Part shown: positions 1 through 14,400 of the stretch, one piece after another
Layout: each line of letters opens with the position of its first letter
Position numbering within the stretch: the first letter of the stretch is position 1
Source of the DNA: Squalus acanthias
Lineage: Eukaryota
Length of the DNA: 64,000 nt
Assembly (NCBI GenBank): GCA_030390025.1
Contig: JASTWF010000359.1
Span: forward strand, 248,001 to 312,000
Direction of reading: 5' to 3'
Translations under genes and position numbers: made by a program
The notes under the pieces: model-generated
Database searches by the model: none
The model's input: the letters and a program-made list of their open reading frames with translations, nothing else
Told to the model about the DNA's origin: nothing

Positions 1-2480
1 GTGATATAACTCCAGGAACCGTTACTGTACATGTGATATAACTCCGACTGTTACTGTACCTTGTGATATAACTCCAGGACCGATACTGTACCTTGTTGAT
101 ATAACTCCAGGACCGTTACTGTACCGTGTGATATAACTCCCGGGACTGTTACTGTACCGTGTGATATAACTCCAGGACCGTTACTGTACCGTGTGATATA
201 ACTCCAGGACTGTTACTGTACCATGTGATATAAACTCAGGACGGTTACTGTACCATGTGATATAACTCCAGGACGTTACTGTACCGTGTGATATAACTCC
301 AGGACTCGTTACTGTACCTTGTGTTATAACTCCAGGACTGTTACTGTACCATGTGATATAACTGCAGGACTTTTACTGTAACCGTGTGATATAACTCCAG
401 GACCGTTTACTGTACCTTGTGATATAACTCCAGGACTGTTACTGTACGTGTGAAATAACTCCATGGACTGTTACTGTACCGTGTGATATAACTCCAGGAC
501 GTTACTGTACCGTGTGAATAACTCCAGGACTGTACTGTACCGTGTGATATAACTCCAGGACCGTTACTGTACCTTGTGATATAACTCCAGGACTGTTACT
601 GTACCGTGTGATTTAACTCAGGACCGTTACTGTACCGTGTGATATACTCCAGGACCGTTACTGTACCATGTGATATAACCTCCGGGACTGTTACTGTACC
701 ATGTGATATAACTCCAGGACCGTTACTGTAGCGTGTGATATAACTCCAGGACTGTTACTGTACCGTGTGATATAACTCCGGGACTTTACTGTACCTGTGA
801 TATAACTCCAGGACTGTTACTGTACCTTGTGATATAACTCCAGGAATGTTACTGTACGTGTTATATAACTCCAGGACTGTTACTGTACAGTGTGATATAA
901 CTCCAGGACTGTTACTGTACCGTGTGATATAACTCCAGGACTGTTACTGTACCGTGTGATATAACTCCAGGACTGTTACTGTACCGTGTGATATAACTCC
1001 AGGACTGTTACTGTACCGTTGTGATATAACTCCAGGACTGTTACTGTACCGTGTGATATAACTCCAGGACCGTTACTGTACCTGTGATATAACTCCAGGA
1101 CTGTTACTGTACCGTGTGATATAACTCCGGACTGTTACTGTACCGTGTGATATAACTCCAGGACTGTTACTGTACCTTGTGATATAACTCCAGGACTGTT
1201 ACTGTACCGTGTGATATACTCCAGGGCCTGTTACTGTACCGTGTGATATAACTCCAGGACTGGTTACTGTACCTTGTGATATAACTCCAGGACGTTACTG
1301 TACCGTGTGATATAACTCCAGGACTGTTACTGTACCGTGTGATATAACTCCAGGACGTTACTGTACCTTGTGATATAACTCCAGGACTGTTACTGTACCG
1401 TGTGATATAACTCCAGGACCGTTACTGTACCGTGTGATATAACTCCAGGACTGTTAGCTGTTCCGTGTGATATAACTCCAGGACTGTTACTGTAACGTGT
1501 GATATAACTCCAGGACTGTTACTGTATCTTGTGATATAACTCCAGGACTGTTACTGTACCGTGTGATATAACTCCAGGACCGTTACTGTAACGTGTGATA
1601 TAACTCCAGGACTGTTACTGTACCGTGTGATATAACTCCTGGACCGTTACTGTACCGTGTGATATAACTCCAGGGACGTTACTGTACCGTGTGATATAAC
1701 TCCAGGACTGTACTGTACCGTGTGATATAACTCCAGGACCGTTACTGTACCGTGTGATATAACTCCAGGACTGTTACTGTACCGTGTGATATAACTCAGG
1801 ACTGTTACTGTACCTTGTGATATAACTTCCAGGACTGTTACTGTTACCGTGTGATATAACTCCAGGAACTGTTACTGTACCGTGTGATATAACTCCAGGA
1901 CTGTTACTGTACCGTGTGATATAACTCCAGGACCGTTACTGTACCGTGATTATACACTCAGGACAGTTACTGTACCATGTGATATAACTCCGGACTGTTA
2001 CTGTACCTTGTTGATATAACTCCAGGACTGTTACTGTACCCATGTGATTATAACTCCAGGACCGTTACTGTACCGTGTGATATAACTCCAGGACTGTTAC
2101 TGTACCGTGTGATATAACTCCAGGACGTTAATGTACCTTGTGATATAACTCCAGGACCGTTACGTACCGTGTGATATAACTCCAGGACTGTTAGCTGTAC
2201 CGTGTGATATAACTCCAGGACTGTTACTGTACCGTGTGATATAACTCAGACTGTACTGTACCGGTGTGATATAACTCCGGACTGTTACTGTACCATGTGA
2301 TATAACTCCAGGACCGTTACTGACCGTGTGATATAACTCCAGGACTGTTACTGTACCGTGTGATATAACTCCAGGACCAGTTACTGTACCTTGTGATATA
2401 ACTCCAGGACTGTTTACTGTACCGTGTGATATAACTCAGGACTGTTACTGTACCGTGTGATATAACTCCAGGACCTTTCC

Positions 2481-5400
2481 TGTACCGTGTGATATAACTC
2501 CAGGACTGTTACTGTACCGTGTGATATAACTCCAGGACTGTTACTGTACCGTGTGATATAACTCCAGGACTGTTACTGTACCGTGTGATATAACTCCAGG
2601 ACTGTTACTGTACCGTGTGATATAACTCCAGGACTGTTACTGTACCGTGTGATATAACTCCAGGACTGTTACTGTACCGTGTGATATAACTCCAGGACTG
2701 TTACTGTACCGTGTGATATAACTCCAGGACTGTTACTGTACCGTGTGATATAACTCCAGGACTGTTACTGTACCGTGTGATATAACTCCAGGACTGTTAC
2801 TGTACCGTGTGATATAACTCCAGGACTGTTACTGTACCGTGTGATATAACTCCAGGACTGTTACTGTACCGTGTGATATAACTCCAGGACTGTTACTGTA
2901 CCGTGTGATATAACTCCAGGACTGTTACTGTACCGTGTGATATAACTCCAGGACTGTTACTGTACCGTGTGATATAACTCCAGGACTGTTACTGTACCGT
3001 GTGATATAACTCCAGGACTGTTACTGTACCGTGTGATATAACTCCAGGACTGTTACTGTACCGTGTGATATAACTCCAGGACTGTTACTGTACCGTGTGA
3101 TATAACTCCAGGACTGTTACTGTACCGTGTGATATAACTCCAGGACTGTTACTGTACCGTGTGATATAACTCCAGGACTGTTACTGTACCGTGTGATATA
3201 ACTCCAGGACTGTTACTGTACCGTGTGATATAACTCCAGGACTGTTACTGTACCGTGTGATATAACTCCAGGACTGTTACTGTACCGTGTGATATAACTC
3301 CAGGACTGTTACTGTACCGTGTGATATAACTCCAGGACTGTTACTGTACCGTGTGATATAACTCCAGGACTGTTACTGTACCGTGTGATATAACTCCAGG
3401 ACTGTTACTGTACCGTGTGATATAACTCCAGGACTGTTACTGTACCGTGTGATATAACTCCAGGACTGTTACTGTACCGTGTGATATAACTCCAGGACTG
3501 TTACTGTACCGTGTGATATAACTCCAGGACTGTTACTGTACCGTGTGATATAACTCCAGGACTGTTACTGTACCGTGTGATATAACTCCAGGACTGTTAC
3601 TGTACCGTGTGATATAACTCCAGGACTGTTACTGTACCGTGTGATATAACTCCAGGACTGTTACTGTACCGTGTGATATAACTCCAGGACTGTTACTGTA
3701 CCGTGTGATATAACTCCAGGACTGTTACTGTACCGTGTGATATAACTCCAGGACTGTTACTGTACCGTGTGATATAACTCCAGGACTGTTACTGTACCGT
3801 GTGATATAACTCCAGGACTGTTACTGTACCGTGTGATATAACTCCAGGACTGTTACTGTACCGTGTGATATAACTCCAGGACTGTTACTGTACCGTGTGA
3901 TATAACTCCAGGACTGTTACTGTACCGTGTGATATAACTCCAGGACTGTTACTGTACCGTGTGATATAACTCCAGGACTGTTACTGTACCGTGTGATATA
4001 ACTCCAGGACTGTTACTGTACCGTGTGATATAACTCCAGGACTGTTACTGTACCGTGTGATATAACTCCAGGACTGTTACTGTACCGTGTGATATAACTC
4101 CAGGACTGTTACTGTACCGTGTGATATAACTCCAGGACTGTTACTGTACCGTGTGATATAACTCCAGGACTGTTACTGTACCGTGTGATATAACTCCAGG
4201 ACTGTTACTGTACCGTGTGATATAACTCCAGGACTGTTACTGTACCGTGTGATATAACTCCAGGACTGTTACTGTACCGTGTGATATAACTCCAGGACTG
4301 TTACTGTACCGTGTGATATAACTCCAGGACTGTTACTGTACCGTGTGATATAACTCCAGGACTGTTACTGTACCGTGTGATATAACTCCAGGACTGTTAC
4401 TGTACCGTGTGATATAACTCCAGGACTGTTACTGTACCGTGTGATATAACTCCAGGACTGTTACTGTACCGTGTGATATAACTCCAGGACTGTTACTGTA
4501 CCGTGTGATATAACTCCAGGACTGTTACTGTACCGTGTGATATAACTCCAGGACTGTTACTGTACCGTGTGATATAACTCCAGGACTGTTACTGTACCGT
4601 GTGATATAACTCCAGGACTGTTACTGTACCGTGTGATATAACTCCAGGACTGTTACTGTACCGTGTGATATAACTCCAGGACTGTTACTGTACCGTGTGA
4701 TATAACTCCAGGACTGTTACTGTACCGTGTGATATAACTCCAGGACTGTTACTGTACCGTGTGATATAACTCCAGGACTGTTACTGTACCGTGTGATATA
4801 ACTCCAGGACTGTTACTGTACCGTGTGATATAACTCCAGGACTGTTACTGTACCGTGTGATATAACTCCAGGACTGTTACTGTACCGTGTGATATAACTC
4901 CAGGACTGTTACTGTACCGTGTGATATAACTCCAGGACTGTTACTGTACCGTGTGATATAACTCCAGGACTGTTACTGTACCGTGTGATATAACTCCAGG
5001 ACTGTTACTGTACCGTGTGATATAACTCCAGGACTGTTACTGTACCGTGTGATATAACTCCAGGACTGTTACTGTACCGTGTGATATAACTCCAGGACTG
5101 TTACTGTACCGTGTGATATAACTCCAGGACTGTTACTGTACCGTGTGATATAACTCCAGGACTGTTACTGTACCGTGTGATATAACTCCAGGACTGTTAC
5201 TGTACCGTGTGATATAACTCCAGGACTGTTACTGTACCGTGTGATATAACTCCAGGACTGTTACTGTACCGTGTGATATAACTCCAGGACTGTTACTGTA
5301 CCGTGTGATATAACTCCAGGACTGTTACTGTACCGTGTGATATAACTCCAGGACTGTTACTGTACCGTGTGATATAACTCCAGGACTGTTACTGTACCGT

Positions 5401-8400
5401 GTGATATAACTCCAGGACTGTTACTGTACCGTGTGATATAACTCCAGGACTGTTACTGTACCGTGTGATATAACTCCAGGACTGTTACTGTACCGTGTGA
5501 TATAACTCCAGGACTGTTACTGTACCGTGTGATATAACTCCAGGACTGTTACTGTACCGTGTGATATAACTCCAGGACTGTTACTGTACCGTGTGATATA
5601 ACTCCAGGACTGTTACTGTACCGTGTGATATAACTCCAGGACTGTTACTGTACCGTGTGATATAACTCCAGGACTGTTACTGTACCGTGTGATATAACTC
5701 CAGGACTGTTACTGTACCGTGTGATATAACTCCAGGACTGTTACTGTACCGTGTGATATAACTCCAGGACTGTTACTGTACCGTGTGATATAACTCCAGG
5801 ACTGTTACTGTACCGTGTGATATAACTCCAGGACTGTTACTGTACCGTGTGATATAACTCCAGGACTGTTACTGTACCGTGTGATATAACTCCAGGACTG
5901 TTACTGTACCGTGTGATATAACTCCAGGACTGTTACTGTACCGTGTGATATAACTCCAGGACTGTTACTGTACCGTGTGATATAACTCCAGGACTGTTAC
6001 TGTACCGTGTGATATAACTCCAGGACTGTTACTGTACCGTGTGATATAACTCCAGGACTGTTACTGTACCGTGTGATATAACTCCAGGACTGTTACTGTA
6101 CCGTGTGATATAACTCCAGGACTGTTACTGTACCGTGTGATATAACTCCAGGACTGTTACTGTACCGTGTGATATAACTCCAGGACTGTTACTGTACCGT
6201 GTGATATAACTCCAGGACTGTTACTGTACCGTGTGATATAACTCCAGGACTGTTACTGTACCGTGTGATATAACTCCAGGACTGTTACTGTACCGTGTGA
6301 TATAACTCCAGGACTGTTACTGTACCGTGTGATATAACTCCAGGACTGTTACTGTACCGTGTGATATAACTCCAGGACTGTTACTGTACCGTGTGATATA
6401 ACTCCAGGACTGTTACTGTACCGTGTGATATAACTCCAGGACTGTTACTGTACCGTGTGATATAACTCCAGGACTGTTACTGTACCGTGTGATATAACTC
6501 CAGGACTGTTACTGTACCGTGTGATATAACTCCAGGACTGTTACTGTACCGTGTGATATAACTCCAGGACTGTTACTGTACCGTGTGATATAACTCCAGG
6601 ACTGTTACTGTACCGTGTGATATAACTCCAGGACTGTTACTGTACCGTGTGATATAACTCCAGGACTGTTACTGTACCGTGTGATATAACTCCAGGACTG
6701 TTACTGTACCGTGTGATATAACTCCAGGACTGTTACTGTACCGTGTGATATAACTCCAGGACTGTTACTGTACCGTGTGATATAACTCCAGGACTGTTAC
6801 TGTACCGTGTGATATAACTCCAGGACTGTTACTGTACCGTGTGATATAACTCCAGGACTGTTACTGTACCGTGTGATATAACTCCAGGACTGTTACTGTA
6901 CCGTGTGATATAACTCCAGGACTGTTACTGTACCGTGTGATATAACTCCAGGACTGTTACTGTACCGTGTGATATAACTCCAGGACTGTTACTGTACCGT
7001 GTGATATAACTCCAGGACTGTTACTGTACCGTGTGATATAACTCCAGGACTGTTACTGTACCGTGTGATATAACTCCAGGACTGTTACTGTACCGTGTGA
7101 TATAACTCCAGGACTGTTACTGTACCGTGTGATATAACTCCAGGACTGTTACTGTACCGTGTGATATAACTCCAGGACTGTTACTGTACCGTGTGATATA
7201 ACTCCAGGACTGTTACTGTACCGTGTGATATAACTCCAGGACTGTTACTGTACCGTGTGATATAACTCCAGGACTGTTACTGTACCGTGTGATATAACTC
7301 CAGGACTGTTACTGTACCGTGTGATATAACTCCAGGACTGTTACTGTACCGTGTGATATAACTCCAGGACTGTTACTGTACCGTGTGATATAACTCCAGG
7401 ACTGTTACTGTACCGTGTGATATAACTCCAGGACTGTTACTGTACCGTGTGATATAACTCCAGGACTGTTACTGTACCGTGTGATATAACTCCAGGACTG
7501 TTACTGTACCGTGTGATATAACTCCAGGACTGTTACTGTACCGTGTGATATAACTCCAGGACTGTTACTGTACCGTGTGATATAACTCCAGGACTGTTAC
7601 TGTACCGTGTGATATAACTCCAGGACTGTTACTGTACCGTGTGATATAACTCCAGGACTGTTACTGTACCGTGTGATATAACTCCAGGACTGTTACTGTA
7701 CCGTGTGATATAACTCCAGGACTGTTACTGTACCGTGTGATATAACTCCAGGACTGTTACTGTACCGTGTGATATAACTCCAGGACTGTTACTGTACCGT
7801 GTGATATAACTCCAGGACTGTTACTGTACCGTGTGATATAACTCCAGGACTGTTACTGTACCGTGTGATATAACTCCAGGACTGTTACTGTACCGTGTGA
7901 TATAACTCCAGGACTGTTACTGTACCGTGTGATATAACTCCAGGACTGTTACTGTACCGTGTGATATAACTCCAGGACTGTTACTGTACCGTGTGATATA
8001 ACTCCAGGACTGTTACTGTACCGTGTGATATAACTCCAGGACTGTTACTGTACCGTGTGATATAACTCCAGGACTGTTACTGTACCGTGTGATATAACTC
8101 CAGGACTGTTACTGTACCGTGTGATATAACTCCAGGACTGTTACTGTACCGTGTGATATAACTCCAGGACTGTTACTGTACCGTGTGATATAACTCCAGG
8201 ACTGTTACTGTACCGTGTGATATAACTCCAGGACTGTTACTGTACCGTGTGATATAACTCCAGGACTGTTACTGTACCGTGTGATATAACTCCAGGACTG
8301 TTACTGTACCGTGTGATATAACTCCAGGACTGTTACTGTACCGTGTGATATAACTCCAGGACTGTTACTGTACCGTGTGATATAACTCCAGGACTGTTAC

Positions 8401-11400
8401 TGTACCGTGTGATATAACTCCAGGACTGTTACTGTACCGTGTGATATAACTCCAGGACTGTTACTGTACCGTGTGATATAACTCCAGGACTGTTACTGTA
8501 CCGTGTGATATAACTCCAGGACTGTTACTGTACCGTGTGATATAACTCCAGGACTGTTACTGTACCGTGTGATATAACTCCAGGACTGTTACTGTACCGT
8601 GTGATATAACTCCAGGACTGTTACTGTACCGTGTGATATAACTCCAGGACTGTTACTGTACCGTGTGATATAACTCCAGGACTGTTACTGTACCGTGTGA
8701 TATAACTCCAGGACTGTTACTGTACCGTGTGATATAACTCCAGGACTGTTACTGTACCGTGTGATATAACTCCAGGACTGTTACTGTACCGTGTGATATA
8801 ACTCCAGGACTGTTACTGTACCGTGTGATATAACTCCAGGACTGTTACTGTACCGTGTGATATAACTCCAGGACTGTTACTGTACCGTGTGATATAACTC
8901 CAGGACTGTTACTGTACCGTGTGATATAACTCCAGGACTGTTACTGTACCGTGTGATATAACTCCAGGACTGTTACTGTACCGTGTGATATAACTCCAGG
9001 ACTGTTACTGTACCGTGTGATATAACTCCAGGACTGTTACTGTACCGTGTGATATAACTCCAGGACTGTTACTGTACCGTGTGATATAACTCCAGGACTG
9101 TTACTGTACCGTGTGATATAACTCCAGGACTGTTACTGTACCGTGTGATATAACTCCAGGACTGTTACTGTACCGTGTGATATAACTCCAGGACTGTTAC
9201 TGTACCGTGTGATATAACTCCAGGACTGTTACTGTACCGTGTGATATAACTCCAGGACTGTTACTGTACCGTGTGATATAACTCCAGGACTGTTACTGTA
9301 CCGTGTGATATAACTCCAGGACTGTTACTGTACCGTGTGATATAACTCCAGGACTGTTACTGTACCGTGTGATATAACTCCAGGACTGTTACTGTACCGT
9401 GTGATATAACTCCAGGACTGTTACTGTACCGTGTGATATAACTCCAGGACTGTTACTGTACCGTGTGATATAACTCCAGGACTGTTACTGTACCGTGTGA
9501 TATAACTCCAGGACTGTTACTGTACCGTGTGATATAACTCCAGGACTGTTACTGTACCGTGTGATATAACTCCAGGACTGTTACTGTACCGTGTGATATA
9601 ACTCCAGGACTGTTACTGTACCGTGTGATATAACTCCAGGACTGTTACTGTACCGTGTGATATAACTCCAGGACTGTTACTGTACCGTGTGATATAACTC
9701 CAGGACTGTTACTGTACCGTGTGATATAACTCCAGGACTGTTACTGTACCGTGTGATATAACTCCAGGACTGTTACTGTACCGTGTGATATAACTCCAGG
9801 ACTGTTACTGTACCGTGTGATATAACTCCAGGACTGTTACTGTACCGTGTGATATAACTCCAGGACTGTTACTGTACCGTGTGATATAACTCCAGGACTG
9901 TTACTGTACCGTGTGATATAACTCCAGGACTGTTACTGTACCGTGTGATATAACTCCAGGACTGTTACTGTACCGTGTGATATAACTCCAGGACTGTTAC
10001 TGTACCGTGTGATATAACTCCAGGACTGTTACTGTACCGTGTGATATAACTCCAGGACTGTTACTGTACCGTGTGATATAACTCCAGGACTGTTACTGTA
10101 CCGTGTGATATAACTCCAGGACTGTTACTGTACCGTGTGATATAACTCCAGGACTGTTACTGTACCGTGTGATATAACTCCAGGACTGTTACTGTACCGT
10201 GTGATATAACTCCAGGACTGTTACTGTACCGTGTGATATAACTCCAGGACTGTTACTGTACCGTGTGATATAACTCCAGGACTGTTACTGTACCGTGTGA
10301 TATAACTCCAGGACTGTTACTGTACCGTGTGATATAACTCCAGGACTGTTACTGTACCGTGTGATATAACTCCAGGACTGTTACTGTACCGTGTGATATA
10401 ACTCCAGGACTGTTACTGTACCGTGTGATATAACTCCAGGACTGTTACTGTACCGTGTGATATAACTCCAGGACTGTTACTGTACCGTGTGATATAACTC
10501 CAGGACTGTTACTGTACCGTGTGATATAACTCCAGGACTGTTACTGTACCGTGTGATATAACTCCAGGACTGTTACTGTACCGTGTGATATAACTCCAGG
10601 ACTGTTACTGTACCGTGTGATATAACTCCAGGACTGTTACTGTACCGTGTGATATAACTCCAGGACTGTTACTGTACCGTGTGATATAACTCCAGGACTG
10701 TTACTGTACCGTGTGATATAACTCCAGGACTGTTACTGTACCGTGTGATATAACTCCAGGACTGTTACTGTACCGTGTGATATAACTCCAGGACTGTTAC
10801 TGTACCGTGTGATATAACTCCAGGACTGTTACTGTACCGTGTGATATAACTCCAGGACTGTTACTGTACCGTGTGATATAACTCCAGGACTGTTACTGTA
10901 CCGTGTGATATAACTCCAGGACTGTTACTGTACCGTGTGATATAACTCCAGGACTGTTACTGTACCGTGTGATATAACTCCAGGACTGTTACTGTACCGT
11001 GTGATATAACTCCAGGACTGTTACTGTACCGTGTGATATAACTCCAGGACTGTTACTGTACCGTGTGATATAACTCCAGGACTGTTACTGTACCGTGTGA
11101 TATAACTCCAGGACTGTTACTGTACCGTGTGATATAACTCCAGGACTGTTACTGTACCGTGTGATATAACTCCAGGACTGTTACTGTACCGTGTGATATA
11201 ACTCCAGGACTGTTACTGTACCGTGTGATATAACTCCAGGACTGTTACTGTACCGTGTGATATAACTCCAGGACTGTTACTGTACCGTGTGATATAACTC
11301 CAGGACTGTTACTGTACCGTGTGATATAACTCCAGGACTGTTACTGTACCGTGTGATATAACTCCAGGACTGTTACTGTACCGTGTGATATAACTCCAGG

Positions 11401-14400
11401 ACTGTTACTGTACCGTGTGATATAACTCCAGGACTGTTACTGTACCGTGTGATATAACTCCAGGACTGTTACTGTACCGTGTGATATAACTCCAGGACTG
11501 TTACTGTACCGTGTGATATAACTCCAGGACTGTTACTGTACCGTGTGATATAACTCCAGGACTGTTACTGTACCGTGTGATATAACTCCAGGACTGTTAC
11601 TGTACCGTGTGATATAACTCCAGGACTGTTACTGTACCGTGTGATATAACTCCAGGACTGTTACTGTACCGTGTGATATAACTCCAGGACTGTTACTGTA
11701 CCGTGTGATATAACTCCAGGACTGTTACTGTACCGTGTGATATAACTCCAGGACTGTTACTGTACCGTGTGATATAACTCCAGGACTGTTACTGTACCGT
11801 GTGATATAACTCCAGGACTGTTACTGTACCGTGTGATATAACTCCAGGACTGTTACTGTACCGTGTGATATAACTCCAGGACTGTTACTGTACCGTGTGA
11901 TATAACTCCAGGACTGTTACTGTACCGTGTGATATAACTCCAGGACTGTTACTGTACCGTGTGATATAACTCCAGGACTGTTACTGTACCGTGTGATATA
12001 ACTCCAGGACTGTTACTGTACCGTGTGATATAACTCCAGGACTGTTACTGTACCGTGTGATATAACTCCAGGACTGTTACTGTACCGTGTGATATAACTC
12101 CAGGACTGTTACTGTACCGTGTGATATAACTCCAGGACTGTTACTGTACCGTGTGATATAACTCCAGGACTGTTACTGTACCGTGTGATATAACTCCAGG
12201 ACTGTTACTGTACCGTGTGATATAACTCCAGGACTGTTACTGTACCGTGTGATATAACTCCAGGACTGTTACTGTACCGTGTGATATAACTCCAGGACTG
12301 TTACTGTACCGTGTGATATAACTCCAGGACTGTTACTGTACCGTGTGATATAACTCCAGGACTGTTACTGTACCGTGTGATATAACTCCAGGACTGTTAC
12401 TGTACCGTGTGATATAACTCCAGGACTGTTACTGTACCGTGTGATATAACTCCAGGACTGTTACTGTACCGTGTGATATAACTCCAGGACTGTTACTGTA
12501 CCGTGTGATATAACTCCAGGACTGTTACTGTACCGTGTGATATAACTCCAGGACTGTTACTGTACCGTGTGATATAACTCCAGGACTGTTACTGTACCGT
12601 GTGATATAACTCCAGGACTGTTACTGTACCGTGTGATATAACTCCAGGACTGTTACTGTACCGTGTGATATAACTCCAGGACTGTTACTGTACCGTGTGA
12701 TATAACTCCAGGACTGTTACTGTACCGTGTGATATAACTCCAGGACTGTTACTGTACCGTGTGATATAACTCCAGGACTGTTACTGTACCGTGTGATATA
12801 ACTCCAGGACTGTTACTGTACCGTGTGATATAACTCCAGGACTGTTACTGTACCGTGTGATATAACTCCAGGACTGTTACTGTACCGTGTGATATAACTC
12901 CAGGACTGTTACTGTACCGTGTGATATAACTCCAGGACTGTTACTGTACCGTGTGATATAACTCCAGGACTGTTACTGTACCGTGTGATATAACTCCAGG
13001 ACTGTTACTGTACCGTGTGATATAACTCCAGGACTGTTACTGTACCGTGTGATATAACTCCAGGACTGTTACTGTACCGTGTGATATAACTCCAGGACTG
13101 TTACTGTACCGTGTGATATAACTCCAGGACTGTTACTGTACCGTGTGATATAACTCCAGGACTGTTACTGTACCGTGTGATATAACTCCAGGACTGTTAC
13201 TGTACCGTGTGATATAACTCCAGGACTGTTACTGTACCGTGTGATATAACTCCAGGACTGTTACTGTACCGTGTGATATAACTCCAGGACTGTTACTGTA
13301 CCGTGTGATATAACTCCAGGACTGTTACTGTACCGTGTGATATAACTCCAGGACTGTTACTGTACCGTGTGATATAACTCCAGGACTGTTACTGTACCGT
13401 GTGATATAACTCCAGGACTGTTACTGTACCGTGTGATATAACTCCAGGACTGTTACTGTACCGTGTGATATAACTCCAGGACTGTTACTGTACCGTGTGA
13501 TATAACTCCAGGACTGTTACTGTACCGTGTGATATAACTCCAGGACTGTTACTGTACCGTGTGATATAACTCCAGGACTGTTACTGTACCGTGTGATATA
13601 ACTCCAGGACTGTTACTGTACCGTGTGATATAACTCCAGGACTGTTACTGTACCGTGTGATATAACTCCAGGACTGTTACTGTACCGTGTGATATAACTC
13701 CAGGACTGTTACTGTACCGTGTGATATAACTCCAGGACTGTTACTGTACCGTGTGATATAACTCCAGGACTGTTACTGTACCGTGTGATATAACTCCAGG
13801 ACTGTTACTGTACCGTGTGATATAACTCCAGGACTGTTACTGTACCGTGTGATATAACTCCAGGACTGTTACTGTACCGTGTGATATAACTCCAGGACTG
13901 TTACTGTACCGTGTGATATAACTCCAGGACTGTTACTGTACCGTGTGATATAACTCCAGGACTGTTACTGTACCGTGTGATATAACTCCAGGACTGTTAC
14001 TGTACCGTGTGATATAACTCCAGGACTGTTACTGTACCGTGTGATATAACTCCAGGACTGTTACTGTACCGTGTGATATAACTCCAGGACTGTTACTGTA
14101 CCGTGTGATATAACTCCAGGACTGTTACTGTACCGTGTGATATAACTCCAGGACTGTTACTGTACCGTGTGATATAACTCCAGGACTGTTACTGTACCGT
14201 GTGATATAACTCCAGGACTGTTACTGTACCGTGTGATATAACTCCAGGACTGTTACTGTACCGTGTGATATAACTCCAGGACTGTTACTGTACCGTGTGA
14301 TATAACTCCAGGACTGTTACTGTACCGTGTGATATAACTCCAGGACTGTTACTGTACCGTGTGATATAACTCCAGGACTGTTACTGTACCGTGTGATATA